DNA from: a bacterium
GTDB lineage: Bacteria > Patescibacteriota > Microgenomatia > Levybacterales > UBA12049
Assembly: GCA_021824155.1 (NCBI GenBank)
Contig: JAKALN010000002.1
Span: 15,775 to 79,774, forward strand
Length of the DNA stretch: 64,000 nt
Direction: 5' to 3'
The translations under genes were made by a program, and so were the position numbers. Positions 12,406 through 23,035 of this stretch are shown piece by piece (the stretch's first letter is position 1; every line of letters begins with the position of its first letter). The notes under the pieces are model-generated. The model worked only from the letters and a program-made list of their open reading frames with translations. It was not told the origin of the DNA and did no database searches.

Positions 12406-12756
12406 TTATGCATTTATATGTGATTTTAGATTTTCAAGAGTGTCTTTAAGACTTAATTCGTATACCAAATCGTTATTTTCCACTCTTAGTCCTGCTAAAA
12501 GGGACTGGTCTTGTTTGAAAACTATTTTTTTCCCCGCAAAAACACCAGAAAGCTGTTTTTCTATGTCTTTCTCTTTATATAGATGGGGAACTACTACCGT
12601 TATCTGTTTCCCTTTTTCAAGTTCTTTGAGAATTTTAATATATTCCCTAAGCTCTTGTCTAGATAGAAATTTTACGATTTTTTTTACTTTTTTCTCGTCT
12701 AATTGGTTTTTTGTATAACTTGCCGCTGCCAATTTTTTTATTTGTTTTTTTATCAT
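12406..12756 (-). CDS. atpH: ATP synthase delta subunit (short form)
   Basis: Position between atpF and atpA; C-terminal D.SLLAGL..E.SLK..L motif. Confidence 0.8.
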   Translation of the reverse strand: MIKKQIKKLAAASYTKNQLDEKKVKKIVKFLSRQELREYIKILKELEKGKQITVVVPHLYKEKDIEKQLSGVFAGKKIVFKQDQSLLAGLRVENNDLVYELSLKDTLENLKSHINA

Positions 12757-12761
12757 AATAT

Positions 12762-13265
12762 TTATTTCTTTTTACTCAATTGTTTTGCCGCTTTTTCAAT
12801 TAGTTGTTTTTGTTCTCTTTCCCCAAATAATTCTCCCACGGATTTTTTTATAAGTTCTATAGACAGGTTTGTAACGTTTTCGGATAATCTTCTTTCCGTA
12901 TCTTTTGCTTCCTGTTCAATTTGCCGTTTTGCTTCTTCCAGTATTTTTTCAGCTTGTTTTCTCGAATTTTCTTCTATTTCTTTTGATATGCTGACCGCTT
13001 GTGTATTTGCATCATCAACAATTTTTCTTGATTGATCCTGCGCCTTTTTTAGTATCTTTTTTTCTTCCTCCAGAGCCTTTTCCAGCGTCAGCCGGCCTTC
13101 TTCTGCCTGTTTTATTCCTTCCTTAATGCTATCGGAGCGCTTTTTTAGCATGTCCAGAACAGACTTATATAAAAGCTTCTTTAAGATATAAAGAATAATT
13201 AAAAAATTTACGATTTGAGCGGCCAATAAATATGGATTTAGCCCAAATTCTTTAACAATTTCCAT
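12762..13265 (-). CDS. atpF: ATP synthase Fo subunit b
   Basis: AQIVNFLI TM followed by a charged coiled coil; operon position. Confidence 0.93.
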   Translation of the reverse strand: MEIVKEFGLNPYLLAAQIVNFLIILYILKKLLYKSVLDMLKKRSDSIKEGIKQAEEGRLTLEKALEEEKKILKKAQDQSRKIVDDANTQAVSISKEIEENSRKQAEKILEEAKRQIEQEAKDTERRLSENVTNLSIELIKKSVGELFGEREQKQLIEKAAKQLSKKK

Positions 13266-13268
13266 AAT

Positions 13269-13475
13269 TTATTTTATGAAAGCCAATATTAACGAATAAA
13301 TTGCGATTGCTTCTGCGAAAGCCATTCCTAAAAGCATTGCGGGAAGAATTCTTCCGGACGCTTCAGGATTTCTTCCGATAGCCTCCATTGCCTTAGCCCC
13401 GATTAAACCGATTGCCAAAGCGGCCATTTGTCCTCCGATAGCAATAATTAAGCCTCCTGATACGCTAAATGTCAT
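13269..13475 (-). CDS. atpE: ATP synthase Fo subunit c
   Basis: GRNPEA loop, conserved Glu in FAEAIAIY; SD AAGGAGGT. Confidence 0.96.
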   Translation of the reverse strand: MTFSVSGGLIIAIGGQMAALAIGLIGAKAMEAIGRNPEASGRILPAMLLGMAFAEAIAIYSLILAFIK

Positions 13476-14215
13476 TTTGCGCTCACCTCCTTAGCCTCAT
13501 GATGAGGCGTTGTAAGAATTGCCATAAAAGCCATTGTCAGCATTGAAAAAACTAAAGCCTGGACCAGCCCTACAATTACTTCTAAGAGTAAAAACGGAAG
13601 TGGGAAAAGAAAGGCGGATAATCCGGCAACTGTGCCTAAAACAACTTCCCCTGCGAATATATTCCCAAAAAGACGGAAAGAAAGTGAAATTACTTTTGTA
13701 ATTTCACCAATAATCTCAAGAACGCCTACATAAAGATTTATTGGATTTAAAGAAAAGTACCTTCCCAGATATTCTTTAATTCCTAAAGTCGTAGAACTTA
13801 GCATATGAGTAGCAACTAAAGAAACAATTGCAAGGCCAAAGGTTGTATTTATATCGCTTGTTGCGCTTCTTAAAAGCGGAACAAAAGTCCGTTCTTTTCC
13901 TTCGTAAAGGCCTATTGTTCCAAAACCGGGAATAAGCCCGCTCCAGTTTGCTATAAGAATAAAAAGGAAAAATGTCATTAAATAAGGAAAAATTTTTGAG
14001 GCTCTTTCTCCTGCAACCGATTCGGTTAGGCTATAAAATGTTTCAATTGCCATTTCGATTAGATTTTGGATAAAACCAGGCACCAATTTTATATTTTTTT
14101 TAATATAAACGGCTAACGCTATTAGTAAGACATCCACAATGATAGTGTCTAAAACTGTGTTTGTCACCGGAAAAAAGCCCAAACGAAATATAGGTTCTGC
14201 TGCGAATGAAACCAC
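13472..14215 (-). CDS. atpB: ATP synthase Fo subunit a
   Basis: SLSFRLFGNIFAGE, LVQALVF motifs; GTG start. Confidence 0.96.
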   Translation of the reverse strand: MVSFAAEPIFRLGFFPVTNTVLDTIIVDVLLIALAVYIKKNIKLVPGFIQNLIEMAIETFYSLTESVAGERASKIFPYLMTFFLFILIANWSGLIPGFGTIGLYEGKERTFVPLLRSATSDINTTFGLAIVSLVATHMLSSTTLGIKEYLGRYFSLNPINLYVGVLEIIGEITKVISLSFRLFGNIFAGEVVLGTVAGLSAFLFPLPFLLLEVIVGLVQALVFSMLTMAFMAILTTPHHEAKEVSAK

Positions 14216-14222
14216 GTAACTT

Positions 14223-14251
14223 ATTTTATCTATAAAATAGCCTCAAGTCAA
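14223..14251 (-). promoter_or_regulatory. Sigma70-type promoter of the atp operon (probably leaderless atpB)
   Basis: TTGACT-17-TAAAAT, 7 nt before the GTG start. Confidence 0.6.
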
Positions 14252-17200
14252 GAAGAAAAATGACTGAAAGCCGATATTTTCTCCGCAATAATTATCGGTT
14301 TATCGTTTTTTGTGTCAATTTTTCCGTTTACTACGATGACAGAGTCTTTTGAAAGAATAGTTTTGTACATTTCGAATACTCTTGGGAAAACTATGCATTC
14401 TGCCAATATTCCTTTTTCATCGCTTATAGTTACGAAGGCCATTTCACTTCCATTTTTCTTTGTAAATATTCTCCTTATGTTTTCTATGAGTCCGCCTATA
14501 GTGACTTGCGTGCCCTCGTTTTCTTCCGTTAAAAGTTCTATTTCGTGGGTAACGTGTTCCCTTATTTTTATTAAGCTTTCCATTTGCGGGTGGGAGGTTA
14601 AATAGAAACCCAAAAACTCTTTTTCAAAGGCCAGCTTTTCGTTTGGGGTAAAGTCTTCAATGTTTTTTGGGCTTACTGATAATTCCTCGTTTTCTTCGGA
14701 GTCTCCGAATAAACTTGTTTGTCCGGACTTAATATCTTTAGTTTTTTTATGGGATTTTTCTATTATCTCAGGATATTTTATTAGAAGGTTTGCTCTGTTT
14801 CCAAATGAATCCATCGCGCCTGCTTTTATTAAGCTTTCAACGGTTTTTTTGTTTACAGCGCCCAAATCAACTCTGGAACAAAGGTCTTCAAGGGTTTTAA
14901 AAGTGCCTTTTTCTCTCTGCTCTAAAATACTGTTTATAGCCGCTTCTCCGACATTTTTTATTGCGGAGAGACCGAATCTTATATTGGTGTTTTCTTCAAT
15001 TGTAAATTCGCTTCCGGATTTATTTATATCCGGAGGTAGGACAGGAACTTTTAACCTTCTGCATTCGGCAACGGCCTGAGCTATTTTTTCATTCTTTATA
15101 GGCCCCGAACTGCCTCTGGATTCTGCGGTTAAAAGGGCGGTCATAAATTCAACGGGAAAATGGGCCTTAAGATATGCAGTTCGAAATGCGATTGTTGCGT
15201 AGCAGGCCGCATGGGCTTTGCCAAATCCATATCCGGCAAAGGGTTCAAATAAAATCCATAGTCCTTCGGCGTTTTTTTTAGACATACCGTTTGTTACGCA
15301 TCCGTCAACAAATTTATCGTGCTGTTTTTTCATTTCGGCGGGGATTTTCTTTCCTACGGCTTTTCTAAGCTTGTCCGCTTCAAGCCAGGAATATCCGGCA
15401 ACGTTAATGGCAGTTAAGAGAAGATCGTCCTGGAAGGTTATAATACCGTACGATTCTTTTAGTACTTCTTTTAGCCTTGGATCAGGATATTTAATAAGGT
15501 TGGGATTGTTTTTTCTTCTTATAAACTCCGGGATATTAGCCATAGGTCCCGGCCTATATAAAGCTACCATTGCCTGAAGATCAAAAATAGAAGTAGGTTT
15601 TAATTCTTTAATATATCTTCTCATTCCGGAAGATTCAAGCTGGAATATTCCGGTAGTCTCTCCCGATGCCAAAAGATCGTATGTTTTTTTGTCTTCAAAA
15701 GAAATATTGGAAAAATCTATGTCTTTATTCTGGTTATCTTTTATAAACCTTAACGCTTCCTGTATAATGGTTAAATTCCTAAGTCCCAAGAAGTCTATCT
15801 TTAAAAGTCCCACACCATCTTCTCCGATACTGTACATATCGTATTGAGTGACAATTTTATCTCCGTTTGTTTCCCTTTGAAGCGGTGTGTATTCTGTTAA
15901 TTCTTTGTCTGCAATAACTACTCCGGCAGCGTGGACCGAAGCATGCCTGGCAACACCTTCTATTTTTTTTGCCAAATCCAAAAGTTTTTTTGTCTCGGAT
16001 TCGGTTTGATATACCGCACGAAGCTCCGGATTTTGTTCCAAAGCTTTTTCTATTGTCATGGCATGTCCCTGCCAGCCCAGGGGTATCATTTTTGATATCC
16101 TGTCTGGTACAGAATAGGGAAGTCCCATTACCCGTCCGGTATCCCTTACCGAGCCTCTTGCCTCGATTGTTCCGAAGGTTATAATTTGGGCTACTTTATC
16201 TCTTCCGTATTTATCGGTGACGTATTCTATTACTTCGTCTCTTCTGTTATCAGCAAAATCCAAATCAATATCGGGAGGTGACGGACGCATAGGGTTTAAA
16301 AATCTCTCAAAGGGGAGTTTAAAAAATAATGGGTCTATGTCCGAAATTCCAAGGGCATAGGATATTATTGAGCCTGCATTAGAACCTCTCCCCGGGCCTA
16401 CCGTAATTCCTTTGGATTTTGCCCAAATAACAAAGTCTGCGACTATTAAGATATAAGTTTCATACCCTTTTTTTAAAATTATTGAAAGTTCGTAATCTGT
16501 TCGGTCTCTTATTTCTTTGGTAATAGTTCCATACCTATTTTTTAATCCTTCTTCTACTTTTTCAGTCATATACTGGGCGGGGGTTTTACCTTGGGGTACA
16601 TCAAATTGGGGCATTATCCATTTTCCAAGCGTTATTTCCAAATTACACATATCGGCTATTTTGACCGTGTTTTCTATAGCTTCCGGTGTTTGAATAAAAA
16701 GTCCTGCCATTTCTTCCGGGCTTTTTATATAAAAGTCGGGTGAAGAAATCATAGACAATTTCCTGTTAGGAGTGTCTAATGTTGTTTGGGTTTGGATGCA
16801 TAGAAGCGTTTCCTGGCCCTCTGCGTCCGTATTGTAAACGTAATGGTTATCGTTGGTTGCAACTAATGGGAGTCCGAGTTTTTGGGAAAGTGCAATAATT
16901 TTTTCGTTTAAAATATCCTGGCCTTTTATATTTGTGTGTTTTTGAATTTCAAGGTAAAAATGGTCTTTTCCAAATATTTCCGATAAAGTTTGTGCTCTTT
17001 TTACCGCTGTTTCTTCCTGGTTATTTAATAATGGTTCGGAAACATACCCGTTAATACAAGCGCTTAAACAAATAATTCCTTCATGGTATTCGCGCAGAAG
17101 TTGTATATCTGTTCTAGGTTTATAATAGTAACCTTCAAGATTGGCTACGGATATAATTTTCATTAGATTTTTATATCCGGTCAGGTTTTGAGCCAAAAGC

Positions 17201-17469
17201 ACTAAATGGTTGGAATCTCCGTCCACACCCGCTTCTTTATCGTGCCTGGTCCTTTTGCTTATGTATATTTCGCATCCTATTATGGGTTTTATTCCGGCCT
17301 CCAAGCATGTTTTATAAAAAGTAATAGTCCCATACATGTTTCCATGGTCTGTTATTGCGAGAGCTTTCATGTTCAGTTCCTTAGCACGGTTAACCATGTC
17401 TTTTATTTTCGAAAGACCGTCTAAAAGTGAGAATTCGCTGTGATTATGAAGGTGTACAAAATCTGCCAT
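14248..17469 (-). CDS. dnaE: DNA polymerase III alpha subunit
   Basis: PHP domain [29 protein letters not shown]-terminal OB fold. Confidence 0.98.
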   Translation of the reverse strand: MADFVHLHNHSEFSLLDGLSKIKDMVNRAKELNMKALAITDHGNMYGTITFYKTCLEAGIKPIIGCEIYISKRTRHDKEAGVDGDSNHLVLLAQNLTGYKNLMKIISVANLEGYYYKPRTDIQLLREYHEGIICLSACINGYVSEPLLNNQEETAVKRAQTLSEIFGKDHFYLEIQKHTNIKGQDILNEKIIALSQKLGLPLVATNDNHYVYNTDAEGQETLLCIQTQTTLDTPNRKLSMISSPDFYIKSPEEMAGLFIQTPEAIENTVKIADMCNLEITLGKWIMPQFDVPQGKTPAQYMTEKVEEGLKNRYGTITKEIRDRTDYELSIILKKGYETYILIVADFVIWAKSKGITVGPGRGSNAGSIISYALGISDIDPLFFKLPFERFLNPMRPSPPDIDLDFADNRRDEVIEYVTDKYGRDKVAQIITFGTIEARGSVRDTGRVMGLPYSVPDRISKMIPLGWQGHAMTIEKALEQNPELRAVYQTESETKKLLDLAKKIEGVARHASVHAAGVVIADKELTEYTPLQRETNGDKIVTQYDMYSIGEDGVGLLKIDFLGLRNLTIIQEALRFIKDNQNKDIDFSNISFEDKKTYDLLASGETTGIFQLESSGMRRYIKELKPTSIFDLQAMVALYRPGPMANIPEFIRRKNNPNLIKYPDPRLKEVLKESYGIITFQDDLLLTAINVAGYSWLEADKLRKAVGKKIPAEMKKQHDKFVDGCVTNGMSKKNAEGLWILFEPFAGYGFGKAHAACYATIAFRTAYLKAHFPVEFMTALLTAESRGSSGPIKNEKIAQAVAECRRLKVPVLPPDINKSGSEFTIEENTNIRFGLSAIKNVGEAAINSILEQREKGTFKTLEDLCSRVDLGAVNKKTVESLIKAGAMDSFGNRANLLIKYPEIIEKSHKKTKDIKSGQTSLFGDSEENEELSVSPKNIEDFTPNEKLAFEKEFLGFYLTSHPQMESLIKIREHVTHEIELLTEENEGTQVTIGGLIENIRRIFTKKNGSEMAFVTISDEKGILAECIVFPRVFEMYKTILSKDSVIVVNGKIDTKNDKPIIIAEKISAFSHFSS

Positions 17470-17476
17470 ATCTATA

Positions 17477-17968
17477 TTATATTGCTTTTGATAACAGTAC
17501 TGACGGGGCCTCCTGTGCCGGTTCCGCCGATATTATCTCTATAGGTACTCCTTTTTCCGGTGTTAGTTTTATTACTCCATCCCTTTGCATAGCTCCCAGG
17601 TGCCCGTATTCAGGATGAGGAACCGGTTCCTGTGTTTCTTGTATCCGAATTTTTGTTCCGTTTACCATTTTTCCCACCAATTCTTTTAAAATTCCAAATC
17701 TTTCAAGGCCGGTAGGAGGAATTGCTGAGCCGATTTTTTCAGCGGTTATTAAAAGGTCTATGTCTTTTCTTGGCAAGTTTTTTTTCAGGGTTCCTCCTAC
17801 AGCATAGATATTTCCTGTTATGCCTTGTTCATCTGTGACGTCTTCGAATCTTTGTATAAGTGTTTCTATGTTGGTTCTGTCATCCGTCTCTCCTGCAGAG
17901 GTGAATCTTTCAAGATAACTTGTTCTATCTAATGGTGTTTGTTCTGCGACTGCTGTTATTTCTGCCAT
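17477..17968 (-). CDS. Small Pol-beta superfamily nucleotidyltransferase
   Basis: IYAVGG-x9-DIDLL motif and a later acidic residue (PIEII). Confidence 0.6.
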   Translation of the reverse strand: MAEITAVAEQTPLDRTSYLERFTSAGETDDRTNIETLIQRFEDVTDEQGITGNIYAVGGTLKKNLPRKDIDLLITAEKIGSAIPPTGLERFGILKELVGKMVNGTKIRIQETQEPVPHPEYGHLGAMQRDGVIKLTPEKGVPIEIISAEPAQEAPSVLLSKAI

Positions 17969-17972
17969 ATTA

Positions 17973-18770
17973 TTAGTTTCCGTTACTTGGGTTATCTATT
18001 GTTGTGACGTTTTGGTAATCTTCATAGGAATATAGAATGTTGTGACCTTCTGTTTTTGAGTCTTTTTTAGCCATGTAAAGAACTTTGTCAGCTTTCTTAC
18101 TTAATTGTGCGATAATTTCAGTTATTTGTTGTTCTATTTCACCTGGTTCATGTTTCTCTCCCAAGAAACCTAGCTCTTCCGGATGGAGTGTTGCGATTCC
18201 TGCTCCGATAAATATGTTGTTTGCATTGAATTGAAAATTAAGTCTTTCAAATAATTTTCTTATCCCTTCAGGACTTACACCGCTTAATACAAGTGCGAAT
18301 TCATCTCCTTTTTCCCCCATTCTTGAAACAAAATCTAGTCCTTCCCTTGTGTTTTCACTTAATATTTTTGCTGTATTTTTAAGCAGTTTATCGCCTGCTG
18401 GGTGTCCTCCATGTTCTTCGTCATCATTAACAGCTTTTAAATTATTCAAATCTAACAGCATTAGACTTACCGTATCTCCTGTTCTTGCGGTTCTTCTTAA
18501 GGTTTCCCTTATTTCTCTTTCAAACCCGTTTCTGTTATAAATTTCTGTTAAAGAATCTATTTCACCCTTTTGCCTTTCAGCATCAATTTCTATATCTTTT
18601 ACTTCAACTGTATCGAAAACTGCTCTTCGAACAGCTTTTATATCCGAAGGATGAGCGAATTTCCTTCTCCCATTTTCTATAGCCCTTTTTATGTACGGTC
18701 TTGCTTTTTCATATTGTGCGCGTAATGCAGTAAATCCTGTAGGCTGTTTTTCTGGAATAGATTCGCTCAT
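17973..18770 (-). CDS. GGDEF-domain protein (diguanylate cyclase-like, atypical motif)
   Basis: DSLTEIYNR, DLNNLKAVND..GH..GD..L, SRMGEKGDEF, AD..LY.AK. Confidence 0.85.
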   Translation of the reverse strand: MSESIPEKQPTGFTALRAQYEKARPYIKRAIENGRRKFAHPSDIKAVRRAVFDTVEVKDIEIDAERQKGEIDSLTEIYNRNGFEREIRETLRRTARTGDTVSLMLLDLNNLKAVNDDEEHGGHPAGDKLLKNTAKILSENTREGLDFVSRMGEKGDEFALVLSGVSPEGIRKLFERLNFQFNANNIFIGAGIATLHPEELGFLGEKHEPGEIEQQITEIIAQLSKKADKVLYMAKKDSKTEGHNILYSYEDYQNVTTIDNPSNGN

Positions 18771-20086
18771 TTTAACTCCTCTAAAATTAATTTTCTTAGC
18801 ATATTGGTATCTATTTTCTTTTTCAGTATATACATAACCTGACCGATTGCAAATTGTATTACAGAATCTTTGCCTTTTTTGTAATCTTCTTTGATTCCGG
18901 GATTGTCTTTGAGTACTTTCCGTACAATATTTCTCAGTTCATCTGCATTAATGTCTTCTTTTTTTTCGGATTGCAGTATGTTTTCAATCAACTTAGCAGG
19001 GACAATGTTGCCTATGTCAACTTTTTTATTAATTATGTTGTTAGCTATTTGTTTAGCTGTTACTCTATTTTTTTGGCCGATTTTAAATACTTCTTCAAAA
19101 TAGTCCGCTAGGGTTTTTTCTTTTGTTAGTATTTCACCGTCGTATAGGGAAAGCCCGTATTGTTTTTGGAACCTGTTTAGCTTGACGTTGGGAAGTTCGG
19201 GTAAAGTTTCTTTGAGTTTGTTAATTTCCGGTTCCTTCCATCTAATCGGCGGAATATCCGGCTCGGGAAAGTATCTATAATCTGATGCCTCTTCTTTAAC
19301 CCTCTGTGAAACAGTAGATGAATTTTTTTCTACAAATCCTCTTGTTTCCTGGACAGGTGTTTTCCCCTCGTCTAGAATTTCGGCCTGTCTTTTAATTTCG
19401 TAATCTATTGCTTTTCCTACGAAAGCAAAAGAGTTTATATTTTTAACTTCTACCTTGTATTTTGGTAATCCCTTCTCTCCGTCTTTTTTTAAGGATATGT
19501 TCGGCTCAAGTCTCATATTTCCTTTTTCCATGTCGGCATTTGAAACCCCTAAATACCTGACAATTTGTTGTAGTTTTTGCAGGTATTCTTTTACTTCGTC
19601 CGCGGTTTCAAAATCCGGCTCTGTGACTATTTCTACCAAAGGAACACCCGAGCGGTTAAAATCTATAAGGCTTACTTTTTTTTCGTCTACGGTTTCGTGT
19701 ATCAGTTTTCCGGTGTCTTCCTCCATGTGTACTCTGGTTATTCCGATTTTTTTACCGTTTTGTAAAGTTATATGGCCGTTTAAACAGAACGGTTTATCAT
19801 ATTGGGAAATCTGATAGCCTTTTGCTAAGTCCGGATAAAAATAATTTTTTCTGTCAAATTTTGAAAACAGGGGGATCCCGCAGTTTAATGCGAGGCCAAT
19901 TTGGACACACCATTCGACCGCCTTTTTATTTGGTACAGGTAAGGCTCCCGGCAGTCCAAGGCAGACAGGACAAGTATGCGTGTTTGGTTTTTGTCCAAAG
20001 TAGTCCGCGCTGCAGCTGCAAAACATTTTTGAATTGGTTTTTAATTCAACGTGTACTTCCAGTCCTATTACCGCTTTGTATTTCAT
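18767..20086 (-). CDS. gatB: Asp/Glu-tRNA amidotransferase subunit B
   Basis: IGLEVHVEL, FDRKNYFYPDL, DYRYFPEPD. Confidence 0.97.
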   Translation of the reverse strand: MKYKAVIGLEVHVELKTNSKMFCSCSADYFGQKPNTHTCPVCLGLPGALPVPNKKAVEWCVQIGLALNCGIPLFSKFDRKNYFYPDLAKGYQISQYDKPFCLNGHITLQNGKKIGITRVHMEEDTGKLIHETVDEKKVSLIDFNRSGVPLVEIVTEPDFETADEVKEYLQKLQQIVRYLGVSNADMEKGNMRLEPNISLKKDGEKGLPKYKVEVKNINSFAFVGKAIDYEIKRQAEILDEGKTPVQETRGFVEKNSSTVSQRVKEEASDYRYFPEPDIPPIRWKEPEINKLKETLPELPNVKLNRFQKQYGLSLYDGEILTKEKTLADYFEEVFKIGQKNRVTAKQIANNIINKKVDIGNIVPAKLIENILQSEKKEDINADELRNIVRKVLKDNPGIKEDYKKGKDSVIQFAIGQVMYILKKKIDTNMLRKLILEELK

Positions 20087-21504
20087 AAATTAGGTTTTAA
20101 TTTCCTCCACTGCTCAGTTTGGGTTATTTTTTCGTATTCAAATGCAACGGACAGAACCAGTTCCTCGCTAAACTGCGGTCCTATTATTTGCATTCCTATC
20201 GGAAGCCCCGAATTTGAAAAGCCGACGGGGATATTTATTCCTGCCAAACCCGCAATTGAAGAGGGTTCTACCAAAACATCCGCAATTTCGCCAAACATGG
20301 CAGCGTCTTTCGTCGCTCCGACAGGCAGAGCAAGGGAAGGGCTTGTGGGGGCAATTATTACATCCACTTTTCCAAAAGCTTTCTCAAAGTCATTGATTAT
20401 TACAGTTCTTACCTGTTGGGCTTTATTGTAATATTGGTCGTAGTAACCTGAAGAAAGTGCGTAGGTCCCAAACATTATCCTTCTTTTTGCTTCATCTGCG
20501 AAGGCGCCTCTACCGTTTCCGTATCTAATTCCGTCGTATCTTGCGAGGTTTGAGGATACTTCCGATCTCTGGATTATCGTATAGACATCTATTGCATATT
20601 TTGGGTCGAATAATTTAATGTTTTCTATTTTGCCGCCTGCTTTTTCCAGTTTTTTTATAGCTTCTTTTACGTTTTTTTCGACTTCTTTGTCCAACCCTTC
20701 TATGAAATATTCGTTTGAAATTCCGATTTTTAGTTCTTTAATATCTTTTTTTAGTTTTTGGCTGTACTTTAAAACAGGTTTGGGGGAAGTAGTTGCATCC
20801 ATTTCGTCTTTTCCGGCAAGGACCTCCAGGATTATAGCGCTGTCTTCGGTTGTTTTTGTTATGGGGCCCGGGGAGTCAAGTGATGAACCCATTGCGATAA
20901 CTCCGTATCTGGATACTCTTCCGTAGGTGGGTTTTAATCCTACCACACCGCACCATGAGGCGGGCTGCCTTATTGATCCGGCTGTTTCCGAACCTATTGC
21001 GGCAATTGTCTGGTCGGCTGCTACGCTGGCTGCTGAGCCTCCTGAAGAGCCTCCAGGCAAGTGTTTCGTGTTCCACGGGTTTTTACTGGCTCCGAAGTCT
21101 GAAGTTTCTGTAGAGGAACCATGAGCCCAGGCATCCATGTTGGTTTTCCCCAATATTACACAGCCGGCTTCTTTTATCTTTTTTATAACTGTAGAATCAA
21201 ACGGGGGAATATAACTTTCTAAAACCTTACTGGATGCAGTAGTTTTAATTCCTTTTGTGGAAAAATTATCTTTTACCGCAAGCGGAATTCCCAAAAGGGG
21301 AAGTTCTACTGCGTCCGAAAGGGCTTTGTCTGCAATTTTAGCCTGCTCAAGCGCGTCTTTTTCCGTAACCGTAACAAATGCATTTAATTTAGGTTCAGTT
21401 GCTTTAATCCGTTCAAGACATGCTTTTGTTAATTCAACAGATGAAAAATCTTTATTTTTCAAACCTTCTTTTGCCTGTTTTAATGTTAAATTATTAAGAT
21501 TCAT
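20083..21504 (-). CDS. gatA: Asp/Glu-tRNA amidotransferase subunit A
   Basis: Amidase signature GGSSGGSAA, GSIRQPA, SNLARYDG. Confidence 0.97.
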   Translation of the reverse strand: MNLNNLTLKQAKEGLKNKDFSSVELTKACLERIKATEPKLNAFVTVTEKDALEQAKIADKALSDAVELPLLGIPLAVKDNFSTKGIKTTASSKVLESYIPPFDSTVIKKIKEAGCVILGKTNMDAWAHGSSTETSDFGASKNPWNTKHLPGGSSGGSAASVAADQTIAAIGSETAGSIRQPASWCGVVGLKPTYGRVSRYGVIAMGSSLDSPGPITKTTEDSAIILEVLAGKDEMDATTSPKPVLKYSQKLKKDIKELKIGISNEYFIEGLDKEVEKNVKEAIKKLEKAGGKIENIKLFDPKYAIDVYTIIQRSEVSSNLARYDGIRYGNGRGAFADEAKRRIMFGTYALSSGYYDQYYNKAQQVRTVIINDFEKAFGKVDVIIAPTSPSLALPVGATKDAAMFGEIADVLVEPSSIAGLAGINIPVGFSNSGLPIGMQIIGPQFSEELVLSVAFEYEKITQTEQWRKLKPNL

Positions 21505-21784
21505 TTTCTTCAAAAATAGCATTTACTTTAAACATTCCGTTGTGCGCAGATTTTGTATTAGACAGAGACTCATCTTGGGTTAAGGAAGGTCCGGCCAGGT
21601 CTTTCCTCGTTACGTTTTCAAGGCCGGTTACCTGGCTTGTGGGTTCAATGCCTTTTGTCTCAACATCACCAAGCTCCTCAACGTATTTGATTGTTTCTTC
21701 AAGCTGTTTTTCGAATTTTGTTTTTTCTTCCAAGGACAAAGGGAGATTTGCAAGTTTTGCTATATGGGAGACATCAATTTTCAT
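21494..21784 (-). CDS. gatC: Asp/Glu-tRNA amidotransferase subunit C
   Basis: VSHIAKLANL, EPTSQV..N..R.D; directly upstream of gatA. Confidence 0.93.
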   Translation of the reverse strand: MKIDVSHIAKLANLPLSLEEKTKFEKQLEETIKYVEELGDVETKGIEPTSQVTGLENVTRKDLAGPSLTQDESLSNTKSAHNGMFKVNAIFEENES

Positions 21785-21816
21785 TGAGAATATTATATTC
21801 TACTGCCATATTTATA

Positions 21817-22275
21817 TCAATTGGAGGATTTTCTTACAACTTGGTGTATTCTTAAATTTAACCTTTTTGCTGTTTGATATTCATTTGTTGCTCCTTTTGA
21901 CAGCTCCCATTGTGGAGTCATAAAGACGTCTGTAATGTATCCTGATTCTAGGATTTCCCTCCAGAATCTTTGAGATAGTTCCTCTCTGCCCGCCGGCGGT
22001 TTGGGTAAGAGCCTAAAAGCCGCTTCACTTTCTATAAAATCCAGTGCACAAAAGACAGGGTAGTCAACGTTCCTTTTTATAAATCTTGTATATCTGGCAA
22101 GGTTTTTAATATTTCTCACTAAATATACAGAACCCTCAGATTTAATTACTCCGGATACAAACCCTATTTTTCCTGATTCGCTTTGTTCTTTTGCTTCCTT
22201 TAATATATCCAATGCACGCTGTTTAGTTCTTTCAAAATCTCTAGAGTCTGCAAACGCTTTTAATCTCTCTGTCAT
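21817..22275 (-). CDS. DUF1937/DUF4406-like protein (nucleoside deoxyribosyltransferase-like fold)
   Basis: FVSG near the N-terminus and P.WE.SKGA..E...A C-terminal motif. Confidence 0.55.
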   Translation of the reverse strand: MTERLKAFADSRDFERTKQRALDILKEAKEQSESGKIGFVSGVIKSEGSVYLVRNIKNLARYTRFIKRNVDYPVFCALDFIESEAAFRLLPKPPAGREELSQRFWREILESGYITDVFMTPQWELSKGATNEYQTAKRLNLRIHQVVRKSSN

Positions 22276-22276
22276 C

Positions 22277-23035
22277 TTAAATATTTATATTTAACCTTTT
22301 AGCAATTACTTTTCTGGCTTTTTCTTCTTCTGAATTATCTAATTTTTCCAGTTCAAAATTTTTTCCGTATTTTATTTCGAGAGCCTTCTTTATTAAGTAA
22401 TCTGCAAGCTCAGGATTTTTTGGCAGTATTGGTCCGTGGAAATAAGTACCGATAGAGTTTTTATAAATAGCCCCTTCTTCCTTTGCGCTGTCGTTGCTTC
22501 CGAATCCTTTTAATACTTTTCCCAAAGGTTTAATGCCATTTCCAAGGATAGTTCTTCCGCCGTGATTTTCAAAACCGACAAGAACTGTTTTTTTGCCGAA
22601 TAAGTTTTGGGCATCTATCGCAATATTACCAATTAGACGTTTTCTTCCCGGATTTTCCGTGTACATATCCAGTATTCCCAGTTGAGGTAATTTATTGCCA
22701 TCGGCAGTTTTGTAATACTGTCCCAAATACTGAAATCCTCCGCAGATATATAGTCCCGGAATTCCGTTTTCAATAGCTTCTTTAAAAGCTTTTTTCTTTT
22801 TTGTTAAGTCTTTTGCCACAACTTCCTGCTGTGTATCCTGTGCGCCGCCCATCATAAAGAGGTCGCATAATGAAAAATCCTTATCCGATATTCCAATTCC
22901 TATTTCTTTAATTTCGGCTGTAATTCCGCGCCACTGGCAGCGTTTTTGCAGAACAATAACATTGCCCCTGTCCCCGTATGTATTCATCAGCTCGGGGTAA
23001 AGCCATCCAATGACCAATGATTTCTGATTTGTCAT
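22277..23035 (-). CDS. gatD: Lipid II isoglutaminyl synthase, glutaminase subunit (CobQ-like GatD)
   Basis: LYPELMNTYGDRGN, ICGGFQ, GFENHGG, HGPILPKNP. Confidence 0.9.
   Translation of the reverse strand: MTNQKSLVIGWLYPELMNTYGDRGNVIVLQKRCQWRGITAEIKEIGIGISDKDFSLCDLFMMGGAQDTQQEVVAKDLTKKKKAFKEAIENGIPGLYICGGFQYLGQYYKTADGNKLPQLGILDMYTENPGRKRLIGNIAIDAQNLFGKKTVLVGFENHGGRTILGNGIKPLGKVLKGFGSNDSAKEEGAIYKNSIGTYFHGPILPKNPELADYLIKKALEIKYGKNFELEKLDNSEEEKARKVIAKRLNINI

Noticed and set aside
13269-13475. Na+-translocating ATP synthase
   Set aside because: Subunit c has E followed by A, not the ES/ET Na+-ligand motif; more consistent with the H+ type
17477-17968. NTase as the CCA-adding enzyme or a CBASS CD-NTase
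   Set aside because: At 163 aa it is too short, lacks the GGxVRD and RRD motifs, and has no CBASS effector genes nearby
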